Assembly (NCBI GenBank): GCA_040954595.2
Contig: CM082592.2
Span: 9,101,677-9,165,676, forward strand
DNA: 64,000 nucleotides
Direction: 5' to 3'
DNA from: Balanoglossus misakiensis
Taxonomy: Eukaryota; Animalia; Hemichordata
The position numbers were made by a program, and so were the translations under genes. Numbering within the stretch: the stretch's first letter is position 1; each line of letters begins with the position of its first letter. Shown here one piece after another: positions 1 to 14,400 of this stretch. The notes beneath the pieces are model-generated. The model saw nothing but the letters and a program-made list of their open reading frames with translations. It made no database searches and was not told the DNA's origin.

Positions 1-869
1 TAGAATACTAATAGTGAAATAAAACAGTGTTGTCTCATTTGGAGATGCAAAGTTTGTTAACATCGGATCCAATCATGGAGGTTGATTGTATTGTGATGCA
101 TTGGTATATATGTTATGCATTATGCAAGAGAGCAATGTGACAGTGACACGAGTGAGGTACGCCAAATCTTGGCTAAAAGTTTGCCATAATTCTAGTTACC
201 TTCAAGGCAGGCAACCTATAAATAGAGATCATCGCATCGGAGAACAAAAATAACAAGCCGATCGTATTTAAACTGGGCTATTAAAATGCTCATGTTTTGA
301 ACTGGACCCTGATCGAGGTGTCACTGTCAGTTGTTCCACCAATGTTTGAAACTTTATAAAGTCGATTTGAAAGCACTACTTACGTCTTATTAATAATCGC
401 GATGAAATATATTTTCTTACATACTACTGCACATCCGGATTTCCTAATGAGAATACATATAAAGAATAAATCAATAAGATATCGAGCAACTTCGGTGACT
501 GTTGTCCTTTTCAGTTGAAATTGATCGAATGTGCCGCTTCGGCTGTTGTGACCTTTACACTAAGGCCACGCAGCCTACTGTTAATTCTTTCCAAGAACGA
601 CAGTATTTTGCGTTAGTTTAGCGATATTTATCTTATCAATACAAAAATAATTGTGTCTACATAATAAATGGTGTAATACGTAGTGATAATACAGCATTGC
701 CCCAAATTCTGAAACATTTATAACTAATTTTCTCTAAGTCCTGTATATCACTACTAAGCTGAGGGTTTTTCTGTCCCGTGATGCTTTTTCAAAATGGTGG
801 CCTAGAGTCAATGTGGTGAACACGTTTTTTTCTGTCTTTCGCGATATCGATAAATGATAACCGTGAGAG

Positions 870-3800
870 ATGGAAACTATCGTGTGTGAGGAACAGTATG
901 GTTCTCACAGTACTGCCATACGCTACAGAAAAGGTGACGATGGTCTCATTCGCAAGATAACTGGAAGAGATCGCCGTTTCTCTTCCGTGTCTCAGTTCTT
1001 CCGGGTGAGAACTGTAATATTGTTTGTAAACATATGTACCGTGATCTGGATACTGAGGGTCATGACCGGCTCGTAAGAGCTAACAAATAAAACTAAAACT
1101 ACCATGGGTACCTTAAGCGAAGATAGCTTTTCGTATCAATAGTTCGAAGTAGAAACAGAGTTTCGGGCTGGATTCCCTACCATCTGCTATGGATCTCCCC
1201 GGGGGACCCGCACATATAGAGCAGTGGGCACTCCTACCTCCATGATACCTCCGTAATTCCCAGGCTGTGCTGCCCCCGTGCAGTGGAATGATAATTAAAC
1301 ACACACCAAAATGAAATATATTGGCAAACTCATTAAAAAATATGCACACACATATAAAAAATACATGAAATGATACGACAATATAATCTAAGTACAATGC
1401 ATTCTACTTTCTTCATGCGTGTAGCATTCAAATTTAAGGAGAAGTAAATCCTTTTTTACCTATTTACTTTCCAGTCTGTGTTCCTACCACAAGGTTATCC
1501 TGAGAGTGTCAGTGAAGACTATTTGACTTATCAATTTTGGGATACTGTACAGGTAACATTTGGTATTTTTGTACTAGAGGATACTGACCTCCATGTTCAG
1601 TTTGCATTGGCGAATCACAACACAGATTATAGATAAGGTGTGTTATAAAAGAAGTTGCTTTCGTGTTCATTCACATCATCATTCTTAATTCCATGCAGGC
1701 ATTTTGTAGCTATCTCACTGGAACCTTGGCAACGCAGGCAATGTTAAAAGGAGTAGGAGTTGGCGATGAAACTGCAACACCAATGGCTGCAACAATCACC
1801 TGGATTCTCAAAGGTCAGATTGGTGTATTTATGAACGTAGTTACACAACCTTTATTACCTAGCTTTCAAAGAGGTTTATGGAATACAGTGGTCTTGTAAT
1901 GCAGGGCCAGGCTTTTCCTGCTGTACACTAGAGAATTGTAAAGTCACACTAGGCACAATCTGGATCTGTTTCTCTTTCAGATGGCACAGGTATGACTGGA
2001 AGAATTCTTTTTGCATGGATGCAAGGGTAGGCATTTACACTGTGCATCTTGTTGATGATGGTGGTTCGAATAGGGAAACCAAAGTTTCTGTCATGCCCAG
2101 AGATATGAATATTTTTTTATCCTAAGTGCACCTGTCAAGGAATGATCATTCTATTGAAACAAGTACATTGAAAATATTGAAGGAAAATGCACATCAGTCT
2201 CCCATCTCTGAATTTCTGTCGTGTTTTATCTTCACAACTACAGAACCAACCTTGACCATGACTGTAAACGATGGAGACTGTTTGCTGATGTGCTGAATGA
2301 CTTTGCACTGTGTCTGGAACTGTCTTCCCCGCTCTTTCCATCAGAATACTTCAGATACGTTGCCTGTTTCTCTGGCTTGTGTAAGGTGAGGAAAATGAGT
2401 TGATGGCCAACAAAAGCATGCATAGATTCATTGTATTAAAACCCACTTGTTAGGGTAACTTTGATACGTAGAAGATGATGCTTACAATGTTTTTGAAATA
2501 TAATTTTCAGTCTTTAGTTGGATGTGCTGGTGGAGCCACCAGAGCTGCGCTGACCATGCACCAAGCCCGTAGGAACAATATGGCGGATGTCTCAGCTAAG
2601 GATGGAAGCCAGGTTGGTAATGAATCCAGTATTGCATGTACTTACAATGTTGAATAACATTTATCAAGTCTCCATGCATTTTGTCAGTCCTAAAGTTCAG
2701 CAAGTATTGTTAAGTATACTGTAGCATCATCTCATTCATTTCTGTTGTCATGGTAAGTTCCAAAAACGAAATGATCATTGATCTGATTGTACACTGCTGT
2801 CATCCACAGGAAACCATGGTTAATCTACTTGGCTTGTTGGTTGGTTTGGTCGTCACGCCGATGGTGGCAGGCAACCCGCAGTAAGTTTAGTTTCCATATG
2901 TCTACATTGTGTACTCACTCAAATAGTTTTGTGAACTTTTTTTCACTTCCATGATTGCCTTTTTCTTGCAGACTGATGTGGACTTTATTTGCCGTGTTCA
3001 CTGTCTTGCACCTCTTCGCAAACTACCGGGCGGTGACCTGTGTCGTCATGGAAACTGTGAACCAGGCAAGACTCCACATCATTGTCAGAGATTATCTGCA
3101 AGACTCAGGAGGTCACACAGCCAGTCTGAAAGAGGTCAACAGAGCTGAGCCAGTTCTCTGGAGTAAGAGAGTAAATTGATCAATTGATGTTTCAACTACC
3201 GTCTGATTGTAGTCTGGCTGCAAGATGCCACCGGTGTAACTGTCAGCTGTTTTTATTTCGGTATTTTTGTTATGTGTGTCAACTCACAGGTCTTAAAATA
3301 TTATGAGTACACAGCATTTAGCTTATCAACGCATTTTCTGAATCCTGTGCAGGGCAACAGAAATTATTCAGGATCAACCTGGGAACAGAATTCAGCAAAG
3401 TCATTCACAGGTATGTACTGACTCTTTCGAGTTTGACCATAGTCTCAGTATCAATACAGAATAACTCAGTTCTAGTAAAACTTTCAGATTATTTAAGATT
3501 CGATTGATGACAGGTCCTCTTTTGATTTCAGTGTTGATGAGTTACAACAGCACCTCCATGGCAGAAAAGACAGCCGCCATTTGCTGGGTGTTGACAAAGC
3601 AAACAACATCAACATTGTTCTGCATCGCGACTGCAGTGCAAAGGACGTCTTAAGAAGCTGTTTCCATGCAGAAATCATTGAATTTGTATTCGGGCAAGTC
3701 AAGTTGGGCAAGGTAAGTGCCAATCTGAACTCGGAAATTACTTTTTATAGCCTTCATACTTACAAATCTGCCTCAACAGTCGGAAAGAGTTGATTCTTTT

Positions 3801-4206
3801 GTTTTTATAACCAGCAACTCTCATATGTTCTCTTGCAGACTCCGCCTTCATTCCGGCTGCGAGATACAGATTCCCTGATGAGTGAGCTAGTCACATTAGC
3901 ACGAAAAAGTAAGTGATAAAAACACAAGGTCATAATATTTGCCTGTTAAAACATCATGTGAGGATCTCAACAATAACAATCTCATGCATTTTCCTCCTCT
4001 TTTTTCAAAATCCAGACCAACCTTTATCAGAATTCAACTTCATGGACATGGTGCATGTATCACAGAGCCTATCTGAGAAACTGTTTCCTGGTTTTGTGGC
4101 GGAACTCAAGCAATCAGGCTGGGTCACGGAATACAATCTGCTTGGTCCGGATGAGTGGAGAGCTGACTGGAACCTCGATGGAATCTCGGACAAAAAGATG
4201 TACTGA
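870..4206 (+). CDS. RUSF1: RUS family member 1 (C16orf58 / root UVB sensitive 1 homologue), 12 coding exons
   Basis: Exons with GT-AG boundaries and consistent phase: 870-1004, 1475-1552, 1699-1813, 1981-2026, 2244-2385, 2511-2612, 2810-2880, 2972-3162, 3353-3410, 3532-3712, 3839-3908, 4016-4206. The spliced product has the RUS/DUF647 hallmarks VFLPQGYPESVSEDYLTYQFWDTVQAFCS, ATITWILKDGTGMTGRILFAW, CKRWRLFADVLND, GATRAALTMHQARRNNMADVSAKDGSQET, HLFANYRAV and C-terminal GW...LLGPDEWRADW. Confidence 0.95.
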
Positions 4207-7200
4207 ATGGTATAATACTGAGTTAATCACCAAAGTGTTAAATTTAATCAAAACACCAAAGAAATGAAGTATATATTTATTGTTAATTCAATGTCAGTGT
4301 TTGAAAATTTCCATTATAGTGACCATGACGTGATGTTGTCTGTACTGCTGGCAACATAAGTTGCTGGTGCGGCCAACATTTCAAAACGAAAGTACCTATA
4401 TCTACTCTTGAAGAGGGAGCTATGTTCATTCATGGCGTGATATCGACTCGTGCTTTTTGACAGGCAGGCGCGCGCATCTTCGCGATCCGAGGAAAATATT
4501 CACCAGTGCTGACGGGATGTTTATCAATATTAAGAATGGAATTTTCACAAAGAAAGTCACTCGTAAAAAGAAATTTCCCCACAGAAGCCATGACAACATT
4601 GAGAAAATTGGTGCCACTCGTTATCCACGCATGTCGTGTATTGAAAGGAAATTGAATGCAATGATATTAAACCTCCCAGCATCGTCTTGTCTATTGAGCA
4701 AGTGAAACGGATAGAGAATTAGACTGGCGCCGGCTCTTCAATTTTCAAGACTCCATTCTCCGATGTATTTGTTCAGAAGTGTTCCGGATTCGTCATCGAA
4801 ATTGAAAAGCCGGAAGATTATTTCACGGAGTTTATTTTCCACCGCCATGGACTCATTAACAACTGTACGACGTCAAACAATGTTGTGTCGTTGTGATTAG
4901 ATGGGTACGGTACACCCACCAGTGTGTGTGATTTTAATGTTATATTTCCATGACAACCGACCAGAAATTACCCGATGCAAGACAACTGTGGCACTCAAAA
5001 TATACGTCTATCAGTTGGCATGAAAGTACTTTGACGCTGTTATTTCACCCCCCCCCGTTTCCCATCCGCGTAGCACCACTGAGCGTAAATCGTGTACAGC
5101 AAGTGCGAATACGTGCAATAAATCATAATTACACCCAATAAAGCGAGCCATTACAAAGTTCTACTAAATCCAAAATCTCATTTCCAAAAAGGAAAAAAAT
5201 TAGGTCAGTTCGTTCCACTTGTACTTAATTTGACCTTGGGGGAAATATTGAGCTACTTGAAAGTGAACCTAAATTGCCTAATAACCTGAAAACAAAGTCG
5301 CTTCACCGCCGATACGTCGATTTGTCTTTATCGTGCCGGAATTTCCTGATACACGAATATTTCCGGGCCCGGCTTCGGAGAGCAAACATGTTTCCGTATT
5401 GTTCTCGTGACCAACAAATAAACCTCACCAGAAGTCAGTTTTTCCCGCATAAAAATGAATATTTGGATAAATTTTTGCTGTTGTGAAAGCTTGTAAAATG
5501 TAACTCAGGACACATTCTTGAAGAAGCTGAAAGTTTCATTGTACGAGTCGACTACTCCTTGAAGCGTTTCATTTGTAACGGACGCTTACGGATCAGACTC
5601 GCGTGAAATACCTGGCTCTCTCGGGTCTGCGCGCCAATAGAGAATAAAACAACTCCGGAAAGGGATACAGTTAAATGTTTAACTATTTATATCTAACCAG
5701 ATCGGCAAGTGGGTAGGATTGAATTACCTTTTCAGAAATCGATAAAAGTAGAACATTAATCAAAAGCAGGGAACGGGAGCTTGATATTCTGGCGGTATGT
5801 TTTTTCAACATCAAACCGCATTCATAAATGAAACGCGCCATTGACAGAATCTTTAAGTTTGTGGCACGTTTATGAAAGTTGCATGAGAGGGTTTCTCGAC
5901 ACAGATGACATAAATACAAAGATACGACACGAGAGGATAAATTCTAGTTCCTTCTTTGTTGCATTATTTATGTAAAATGCTAAATTAAAGAAAATACATA
6001 ATACCAGTGGACTTAACTTAAAAGCAAAATTGAAAGTGCCTGAAGTTAGTTGTAAAAGATGCAGATCCCCCAATGATACACAGCGAAATAATCAACTTTT
6101 TCCCCCATCGCGAGCGTGTGACATTAAATAATTTATGGGTCGCAACTGAAGAGGTTTAATTTTGATCGTTTATTATTAAAGTTCTTTTGTCTTTCTTCTC
6201 CGTGCGTGCCCCAAGGAAACGGAAGATCATATTTCTCAGAGCGCGAAGAATAATCGGATTTTTTTCATCGACTTTATTGTACTTGAGAATTCTGATGGCC
6301 CCATTACCTTGAGAATTTTCACACTATATCGTTTTATGCAAAAAATGCATCGCAAATTCCAGGGCAGTGGATAGCTCGCGTAGAGTTCATTATTTCATGA
6401 AACTAGTATTTATTGACACTTTCATCATCCCCTGAAAGACGTTTAACATAGCCGCCGTCTCATTACAATGTACTTCTCAAGTTAGTGAGAGTGGCCGTTA
6501 AGTATTATAGCTTACGCATGCAGAAGTAGCTAATTTTCAGAGAAAAACTTTCGTCAATTTTGCCCGTGGATTTGCGGTAAGGAGCATTGTCAGATGTAAA
6601 GGTCAACAGAGTATTAAGATTTAGCTCTTTGGGCTATATATTAAGGCCAACAGTGTTTTCGCGAGAGGGGATGGGTATGACCCCGTGTGTGTGTAGAACG
6701 AATGGCTATTTCTGGAGCCTTTAATATGAAGATAAATAGTCACCTTGACACGTTGATGGAACGCGGGGGTAAAAAGATGAGAGCTGCTCATCGATCTTGT
6801 CTTAATCGTCCCCGTTCAGTTCATAGCACGCGTATTTGTCACAGCAAAAGGTGTGACTAGGCGATTTATAGGACGTATATTTTCTGCTAATGTTCACGTC
6901 GTTCCAAATACGGGAATACAGAATGAGGCACTTCCCTCCACCTTGGCAAGAAATGGTCACGTGATCTTCTAATCCATTTGAAGACGAAAAGGTCAGGTTT
7001 TGTTGACGTTGTTTTGAATGGCGAACCGCTGTAATCATTTTAGAGTATTCAGCATGAATCTACAAATTGGCGCTGCGGAGTTGATATCGAATTTCGAATA
7101 TTAGTTTTCTGAAAAACCAAATTGCCAGCAACAGTGTACCGTACGGTGTTTTCTACAAATAACGAATTATTCCTTTTTCTTCTTCTGATGGATTAGAATT

Positions 7201-9277
7201 TCGCTTAGACGTCATAAGCCGCAGACCTCTCTTCATATCCAGTGACACGATTAAGATTATGTTCTTACAGGAGAGTTGTGGGTGTTCGCGAATCTTTAAT
7301 CGTGGTCGACGTGTGTTTCCACTCGGTATGCTTTCCATTAAAACGTTTCTTGCGTTAAAATCATCCCCCCTGATCCCCGTGGGCATCGGAGGCGCAACCG
7401 GACGAAGCCGAATCGGTGACAGCGGTCATTTGTCAATGAAAATAACGATTTCGAGCCGTGGGTTGATGTAGAATTAAGTCAACACTGATGATCAGGGGAT
7501 GGATTCATCTTGAATGCAAAACCAAAATCAGAGAAGGGACCGATATCGCGTATATAATCTTTTTGGGTGATGTCAGTACGTGAAGTTTAAAAGTCATACC
7601 TCAAACCATGGCAACAGTTTCTGTGTACGGAAAAAGCGAGACCACGCACAGTTTTTCTTAGATGCGTCACGGTAAAATACAAGATATACGTGACGTCATA
7701 GAGATTTTCCACCTGGAAATATTCCCGTGCTGCAAACGAAATTCGCCATCAAATTGGTTAAACTAATCTCGGCGAAGCTGCACGCGGGGCAAGACCCTAT
7801 TTCTCTGCGTAAACAAGCGAGCGAGCCGCTTATCGCGACACGAGATTTTATCAAAGCGGTGATTGGAAATACGACCTAACTCCGGTCTGTCTGCGGGCGA
7901 TTTCATTGAACAGCAAATTGCCAGTTTGTGCCCGTCTCTTTTCGAATGAACGTCGTTTCCAATCCGATCATATACTCCCGACAGTCTCCAAATTTTATTA
8001 CTGGGTTGAATTTCATAAACGTTGTACTTTACGGGAAGATAAATTAACAATTACAAACTGACAGCTCATTGTGAGCGCAAGATGACGAATTGAATGTACC
8101 GCACTCTCTTTCGAGGTTGAAGATTGGCAGCTTCGTTTCATCACGCGAATAACATTATGGGGCAATTGGACAACATGCCTTCGCTCTCCAAGGGACATTT
8201 CATGATTACATGTCAAGGGGGCACAAAATGTTTACTTGAAGTAAAATGTATCTGTCTGTGAGTGTCAACGAGTGTGGAGAACCCGGACGACATATATTCA
8301 GCGGTCACCGAGTCAATGAAACAGCCACACAAACAGTTAACGTGTTTAACGATGGCAAGTTTATTACACATATTAAGTAAAATAATGACGCAATCTGCTA
8401 CCCCAGGAAACAATCCGTCACTCTGGGCGTCGTGTGCACCCCGTCCCGTCGGCCTTGGCACGAAGTCGGGGAACGTGCGACGTTACACATGTACATGCCA
8501 TGATTGCGTTGGTGTCAAGTCATGCGCAGAATCGTTCTTCGCATGTACCGGTGAACCCCGCAGTTCGGTCACGGTCAAGGCCATGGCTGAGATAAACAGA
8601 ACACGCAACTGGATTTTGTCTCTGTAAATGAAAATATCTATTATCATTGTCTGAATTTGGCAAATTTGGTTACAGACCTTGGCTAAATTTGGACGGTTTT
8701 TCATTCAATAATTATAAATAAGCGTAATATACGGCAGATTCCTATCAAGATTGTAACCGGCGCATATACGCGTGTACGGAGACAATCGACAGTGATTTTC
8801 TCACTAATTAGCCAAATTATCTAAGTACATGTACAGCTTGTGCTATTTTTTGAACAAAAATAAGCCAACGATAGCAAGATTGTCGTCATTGCACACCTGT
8901 TATCAACCCAACATGTATATGAATCGACCTTGTTGCGTGCGCACACAACTACTCTACGTCATCGACTTACAAAAAATAAACTACGCAAACTTGGCAGTGT
9001 AAGATCTTCCTGAAGAAGTCGTTTACAAAACTACTGTAGTGCAAACCCGCGAGGCATGACGTGTTTCTTGGACGGTATATTTGTCAAATGCCAATCTGAT
9101 TAAAACCATCTATAGGCGCTTAGCGTGAGATCCATCGAAGGCCCGCATCGAAGGAATTGTTTTGTAACGTTTTGTGTAAATCCACAGTGCTTTCGGTGCC
9201 AAAGGCAACGAGTGATGTAATTTAAATATTTAATTGTAAATAATATTTTCATTTGCTAAAGTTACATCTAGTATGTG

Positions 9278-9328
9278 TTAAGGTAGTATTTTTTCTTTGT
9301 TTTCAAGGACCATCGTACACTACCTTAA
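9278..9328. mobile_element. Possible internally deleted TTAA-flanked DNA transposon remnant (Kolobok-like ends)
   Basis: TTAAGGTAGT (9278-9287) and its reverse complement ACTACCTTAA (9319-9328) bracket 31 bp. TTAA-GG...CC-TTAA matches Kolobok-type termini. It is very short, so it could be chance. Confidence 0.3.
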
Positions 9329-9505
9329 ATTGAGCTTGGATGGAATATCGTGTTACGAGTAAAAATTTGACATTCATGAAATGCTACTTAATATATATAT
9401 ATTATAGACTTTATCCAATATAACATTTTTTGCAAAGCGTTGTAGCTTGATTGGCATAATTATTTACAAGTGCCGAGGATGGCAAGTGCCAACCGGATTC
9501 CCTCC

Positions 9506-10597
9506 TCAGCTCTTGTCTTTTGATGTGAGATTGCTGTCGTATCGTATTGGCACAAGTCTGGCCGGTCTTTGACTGCCACGATTCTTTCCCGGGATGTCGC
9601 CGAGGTGTTTTTTGCCTCTACCGATTGCCGGCGGCGCAACTCTTCGGTCGGCGGGCGAACTCTCGCCTGCCGCCGGTTCGCCGTTATCGTCGTCGACTTG
9701 GCATTTACCCGGTATGAGGACGGATTCTAATCTTTGGAAACGTGGATCCAGACAGACTTCGGATTTTCTCCTGGGTAGGACCAAACACGAGTCCGAGGAC
9801 GCCTGCCGAAGGGCGGTCAAGGGGGTCCCGTCGGAGTTCGGGGGCGGGAGACTGTCCTTTGACGCGCTCGGTAGTTCGACGGTCAGTTTCAGCGAAGTGG
9901 AGGGGCACTCCAAACGCTCGAGCTTTCTTGGTGAAATGCGGTGCGAGTCTTCCGCCGGGGGGAAATCGCAACTTTCCACGTTTATGATTGGCGTGGTCGA
10001 GCCTCCGTTGAAACTGTCGCTTAGGTCGGAGTTAGAGTCGGCCGAGTCTAACGAGGCTACGGACAACTGCAAGCTTTGCCCGGAGGCCGTTCTGCGCATG
10101 ATGGGGGCCAGTTTACCGAGATCATTCACAGAAATAGCGCCCGGACTTCTGCCGCCGCGAGATTCCCCTAACGCCGGCGGTGTAGTCGCCGTGCTGGAGC
10201 GCCTGACCGCGCTACCGCGGTCCGCGCGATTGACGCGCCTTGTCCTGCGTGGCGACGCCGGGTTGCTGATCGACCGCTTCCTGAACTGGGAATCCACACT
10301 ATGGATGGGCGGCAGGTTCAATCTGTCCATCGAGCCACGTGGACTCAGACCAGCCGAGTCCAACACCTGTTGCTTCCGCATCATTTCTCGCACCTCCCTC
10401 GTCTCTCTGGCCAGATGTTTCAGTTGAGACTTGTTCTCCAGGTTCAGGCGCTCCAGTTTCAGGGCCAACCTCCTCTCTTCCATGGAGGCCAGTTCTAACA
10501 CGGAGTCTTCCTTGGACGGCAGTTTGACTTTGGGCGTCTCCTCCACTTTGCATCGCTGGTTCATCATTTTTATATCACACTTGAGATCCTTTGCCAT
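9506..10597 (-). CDS. Intronless uncharacterised protein (~363 aa): N-terminal coiled coil, Ser/Pro/Arg-rich disordered middle, DPRFQRLESVL motif near the C-terminus
   Basis: Long ORF that is GC-rich against AT-rich flanks. The first ATG (ACAATGG) is at 10597; the track starts at an upstream TTG. Helical heptad segment LELASMEERRLALKLERLNLENKSQLKHLARETREVREMMRKQQ. Resemblance to the CCDC190 N-terminus is from memory and unverified. Confidence 0.8.
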   Translation of the reverse strand: MAKDLKCDIKMMNQRCKVEETPKVKLPSKEDSVLELASMEERRLALKLERLNLENKSQLKHLARETREVREMMRKQQVLDSAGLSPRGSMDRLNLPPIHSVDSQFRKRSISNPASPRRTRRVNRADRGSAVRRSSTATTPPALGESRGGRSPGAISVNDLGKLAPIMRRTASGQSLQLSVASLDSADSNSDLSDSFNGGSTTPIINVESCDFPPAEDSHRISPRKLERLECPSTSLKLTVELPSASKDSLPPPNSDGTPLTALRQASSDSCLVLPRRKSEVCLDPRFQRLESVLIPGKCQVDDDNGEPAAGESSPADRRVAPPAIGRGKKHLGDIPGKNRGSQRPARLVPIRYDSNLTSKDKS

Positions 10598-11288
10598 TGT
10601 CAATCAGTGTATTGCTTCCCGAAAAAAGAGCGTTTGATCAACTGCGTTTCGCGCAATAGCAATCTTTACTGACACACGACACCAGCACGAGAGATGCTCT
10701 CTGCTTCCCCTCTAAGCTTGGCCAATGTTTACCGTGTTTGCTGATGTAGGGATTCGCCGTACCACATCCTTCCCTTGAGTCCGAGGTGAAGTGTTCTGTC
10801 GTTGTAGCCAGAATCTTGCAACTGTGCCTGTCCACAAGTGCACCTTGTAAGCCAGCAGTAATTCCTCTTACCAAAAGGCGTCTCCAAATCTGTGCAATTG
10901 TGTCGTAATCACCATTTATAAACCGACAGTGTCTGAGTCTTGTCTTCAATACCTTTTGGGCGCAGAAATGATCACCTTTACCGAAGTCTTTTAGTTACCA
11001 CCTCCCCGTCCTCGCTCAGAAAAGCACCGTCAATCCATGCGGGTATGGCGACTTCCCTCTGCTGCACACGCGAGTCGCGCGATACCCAGTTACAGCGGAA
11101 CGAAATCTTCCTCAGTTCCCGAGGAGAGGTGCTTTGTTGTCGTGGTTACCCTGTGTGAAGAAACGAGAGCAGCGTTACAGATGCGTGGCCTCACTACTTC
11201 AGCATTGCTGAATGATCGTGCTCTGTCTGTTTATTGCACGCAGACGCAGTGGCGCTTCAAAAACGAATATCACGAGGTAAAATGGGTC

Positions 11289-11303
11289 GTTGCCATGGAA
11301 AAC
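11289..11303. promoter_or_regulatory. RFX X-box-like motif upstream of the coiled-coil gene
   Basis: GTTGCCATGGAAAAC, about 690 bp upstream of the minus-strand ATG at 10597. It has a perfect GTTGCCATG half-site. Confidence 0.35.
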
Positions 11304-11416
11304 GCGCTGCGTATCAGTCACTAGCAGGCACGAACCCGTTAAATTTTCATGAGTGAATTATTTTTGATGTTGTATATTGCGCGTAAACGATGGATTGATA
11401 AAAGCCATGTGCACAC

Positions 11417-11452
<36 letters not shown>
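11417..11452. repeat. (GT)n(GA)n compound microsatellite
   Basis: Run of GT repeats followed directly by GA repeats. Confidence 0.9.
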
Positions 11453-11454
<2 letters not shown>

Positions 11455-14400
11455 TAAACACAGTGAGGATAGACAGACTTGTCACGCTGTATCAGAGAAA
11501 GAACTTGCAGAAGCCAAATTCGCCTTGTCGTGTTGTGTCACTTCTCGTTTTATTATCTGTTAATCTCTGCTGTTTTCGTGAAGAGTGTTCCCGTGTCTTT
11601 ATAATGAAGGCATAAAAATATGTGGACCCACAGTGCCGCAACAACCACAACGACAATCGGACACACTGCAGATTTTGTTTCCCCGCACGTGCAAGACCCC
11701 AACCTCGTAATCAGACTGGGTCACTACGTTCATCGCATAATCTGCAAATTACGGAGGGAATTCCACTTCCCACCACCTTTCAATAACCTACAAATTGCGT
11801 TATGCACGTTTGCCTTAATTGGTTGATATAACACGGCTATAAAGACGGCGCAGACGCAAGGGGTTACTCACTCCGAGGTGTCGTTGAACTCATTAAAGTC
11901 TCACATAGAAAATTACCATGGCGTTGGAAATCCAGCGCTTCACAGGTGTCCTTGCCCCGCTTACTTGCCAACGCTTGCTATTCCAAGAAAATGAGCAATA
12001 AAAGGCGAGCAATACGCACTCTAGATAATTAACCGACTAGAGGGAACTTGATTGACCTTGTAAATCGAGATAAGGCTTCCGTGATCACCGTTAGCAATAA
12101 AAAGTGGGGTTCTAGTGCAATAATCACAGCCGTTCGAAATATCAAAGTTACCAGGTCCGTGACACAAATAGGAAATGATATCAATGCCGGGAACATGTAC
12201 AGTTGTACCGCAGATGTCCGGAATGGGTAAGACATCTCTACTGCACAATAGATACTAGAAGTATCTATGATTGAAGTAATCCTTCTTGTACCCAACGAGG
12301 AGAACAAAATTGCACGTGCAATTTAGAAATACAAAGCTCAATACTTATGATCCGAAATGGCGTTCGGCAAATCCAAAACCATGAATGGGGCCCGTGCAAT
12401 TACTTTCCCCGAGGAGTTGCACAGAGACTCCGAGGTTATTGAGTAATTAGGGACTTCCTGACCGTATGTGTTTCCTCTGTCCTTGTTTGCAATTTCCAAA
12501 GAGAGGTATAACTCTCTGTGTTCTTCTTTCAACAAAAACGCGCTGCGACGGGGCTGGCAAAATATCCCCGGATGTAATTTCTCAGCCGCGAACTCCGCTT
12601 TTGTGCTGCTCTTCAGACCCGATGACAGGAAATGACGCAAACACCTTGGATGACATGATAGCTGAGTCTTCACAACAACAACAGGTTGTGTTGACGAAGA
12701 TTGATGCCGTGTTGAGGTTAATGACTTTTGATTACAGGAAGCCTTCTTTCGATAATATCAACAAGACTGCATGCAGTCATATTTGAAGGTAAATTTGAGA
12801 CTGTCATATTCGAAGGTAAATTTCAGCGACGAAATTACATGTACTCCAATGGCTAATTTTGAATTTCAATAGCCTACTATTGAAACGAATATTATTAACG
12901 CTGGCACCATCAGTCGGCACGCCAGAAAAGAACAACATTTTCACTTAAAAGGGGTGCAATCATTCAGAAAATTTCACATGACAAGGAAAATTTCACGTGA
13001 AAGGTAAATACACACCAACACCCGAGTCGTCAACGTTTAGCATTGATAGTATGGATCGAGGACTCAGATCACGTGAATTTTAATAGAAAACATTAATTCG
13101 ACACCGGGTTGAGAAGGGCATAAATGCGAATAAAGGAACTCGGAAATGTTTTCAAAATTCGACGCTTCGCGGATAATCTTCCTTTGCTACAGTTACCAAG
13201 GCAACAACATATAAAGGCCGTGGGCTTCGTGCATTTTAACAAACCACAGAAATCGAGCGCGTCGATGAGGTCAAGTGTATTTGTGTGCACGTTGTTTCAA
13301 TTTCCCACTTAGAAGAAGCAAACAGCTCACGTCAACCGTTCAGTGCTGCGCAATCTGCGATTTCAAGAGTAATTTGCCCAAAGAGCCCGTCGTTGTTTGC
13401 AGCTTCTTGAATGTCAGCACTTTTCACAAGTGATAAGTATGCACGTGATCAGTCTGAAAAGTGTTTGTCGTTCATTCCAAGAAATGTCGATATTCCTTCT
13501 TTGGCCAAGAAAAATGGCGACACCCGATTGGACGATTTTTCAACAAAACATTATTAGTACGGCATTACATCCTGGGGGACCCCACAACATCTCATTTCAA
13601 CACAGTTGTTAGTTTAATTTTCCGTCAATAAAAGCTTACATTAAGCGAAAAAACCTTACTGAGCGTCTCTCTATAAACGCCGCGTGTTTTAACGAGGTTC
13701 TATTCTCTAGAAAAAATATAACACCCATGCAAAATTCAATATCTGAAGAAATGCCTATTAAAACCCAACTGTGTCGTTAACCTGAAATGTAGGTTACTCA
13801 ACAATACAGGTCAGGTGGACTAGGATAATACAGTTTTCGTTACCACTGTCAGCATGGACACGGGAGCGCTTAGATTTCTACCTCAATTTTGCGGCTGAGA
13901 ATCACTTCAATACTGGTAACTATTTACTCTGACGTAATTCAAGAAACAATTCGACATGTAGTAAACACTGATACCTTTAACAAAGAACACAGACTTACAA
14001 AAAACTGACGATCAATCACAGAATTACCGGGTTTATTGAAAATGTTGCGTCTGTGTTATTTGTTGACATTACATAACGCAGTGAAGAAAAGAAAAGACTT
14101 ACCAGGGTTAAAGAGTTAAGAGAAAGTTCAATAAATCTCGACGTCTGATCGCGTTTTGCACTTTGTGGTGACGTCATCGCAGACGGTAATCAAATTAATA
14201 GTGGTTTAACATGATTCTAACATACATATTTAAATAAAAGTATTTCCACAATCGATTTGGTCATCGAGAGTTGTCTGTGATGTCGCGAAATGGAATTATG
14301 AAAGACGAATTTAGCGGAGAATTTCCAGCTCGTATAGCCTAGCATTCTGAGCGCCATCAATATAAGAACAGGCAGGCAATAAAGGTAAAAATACGCTACG

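Noticed and set aside
4300-9270. Many short ORFs downstream of RUSF1
   Set aside because: No recognisable domains, transposase/RT motifs or coherent exon chain; probably UTR, intergenic or decayed repeats.
9594-10427. 277-aa plus-strand ORF antisense to the coiled-coil gene
   Set aside because: Shadow ORF of a GC-rich coding strand with no recognisable domain.
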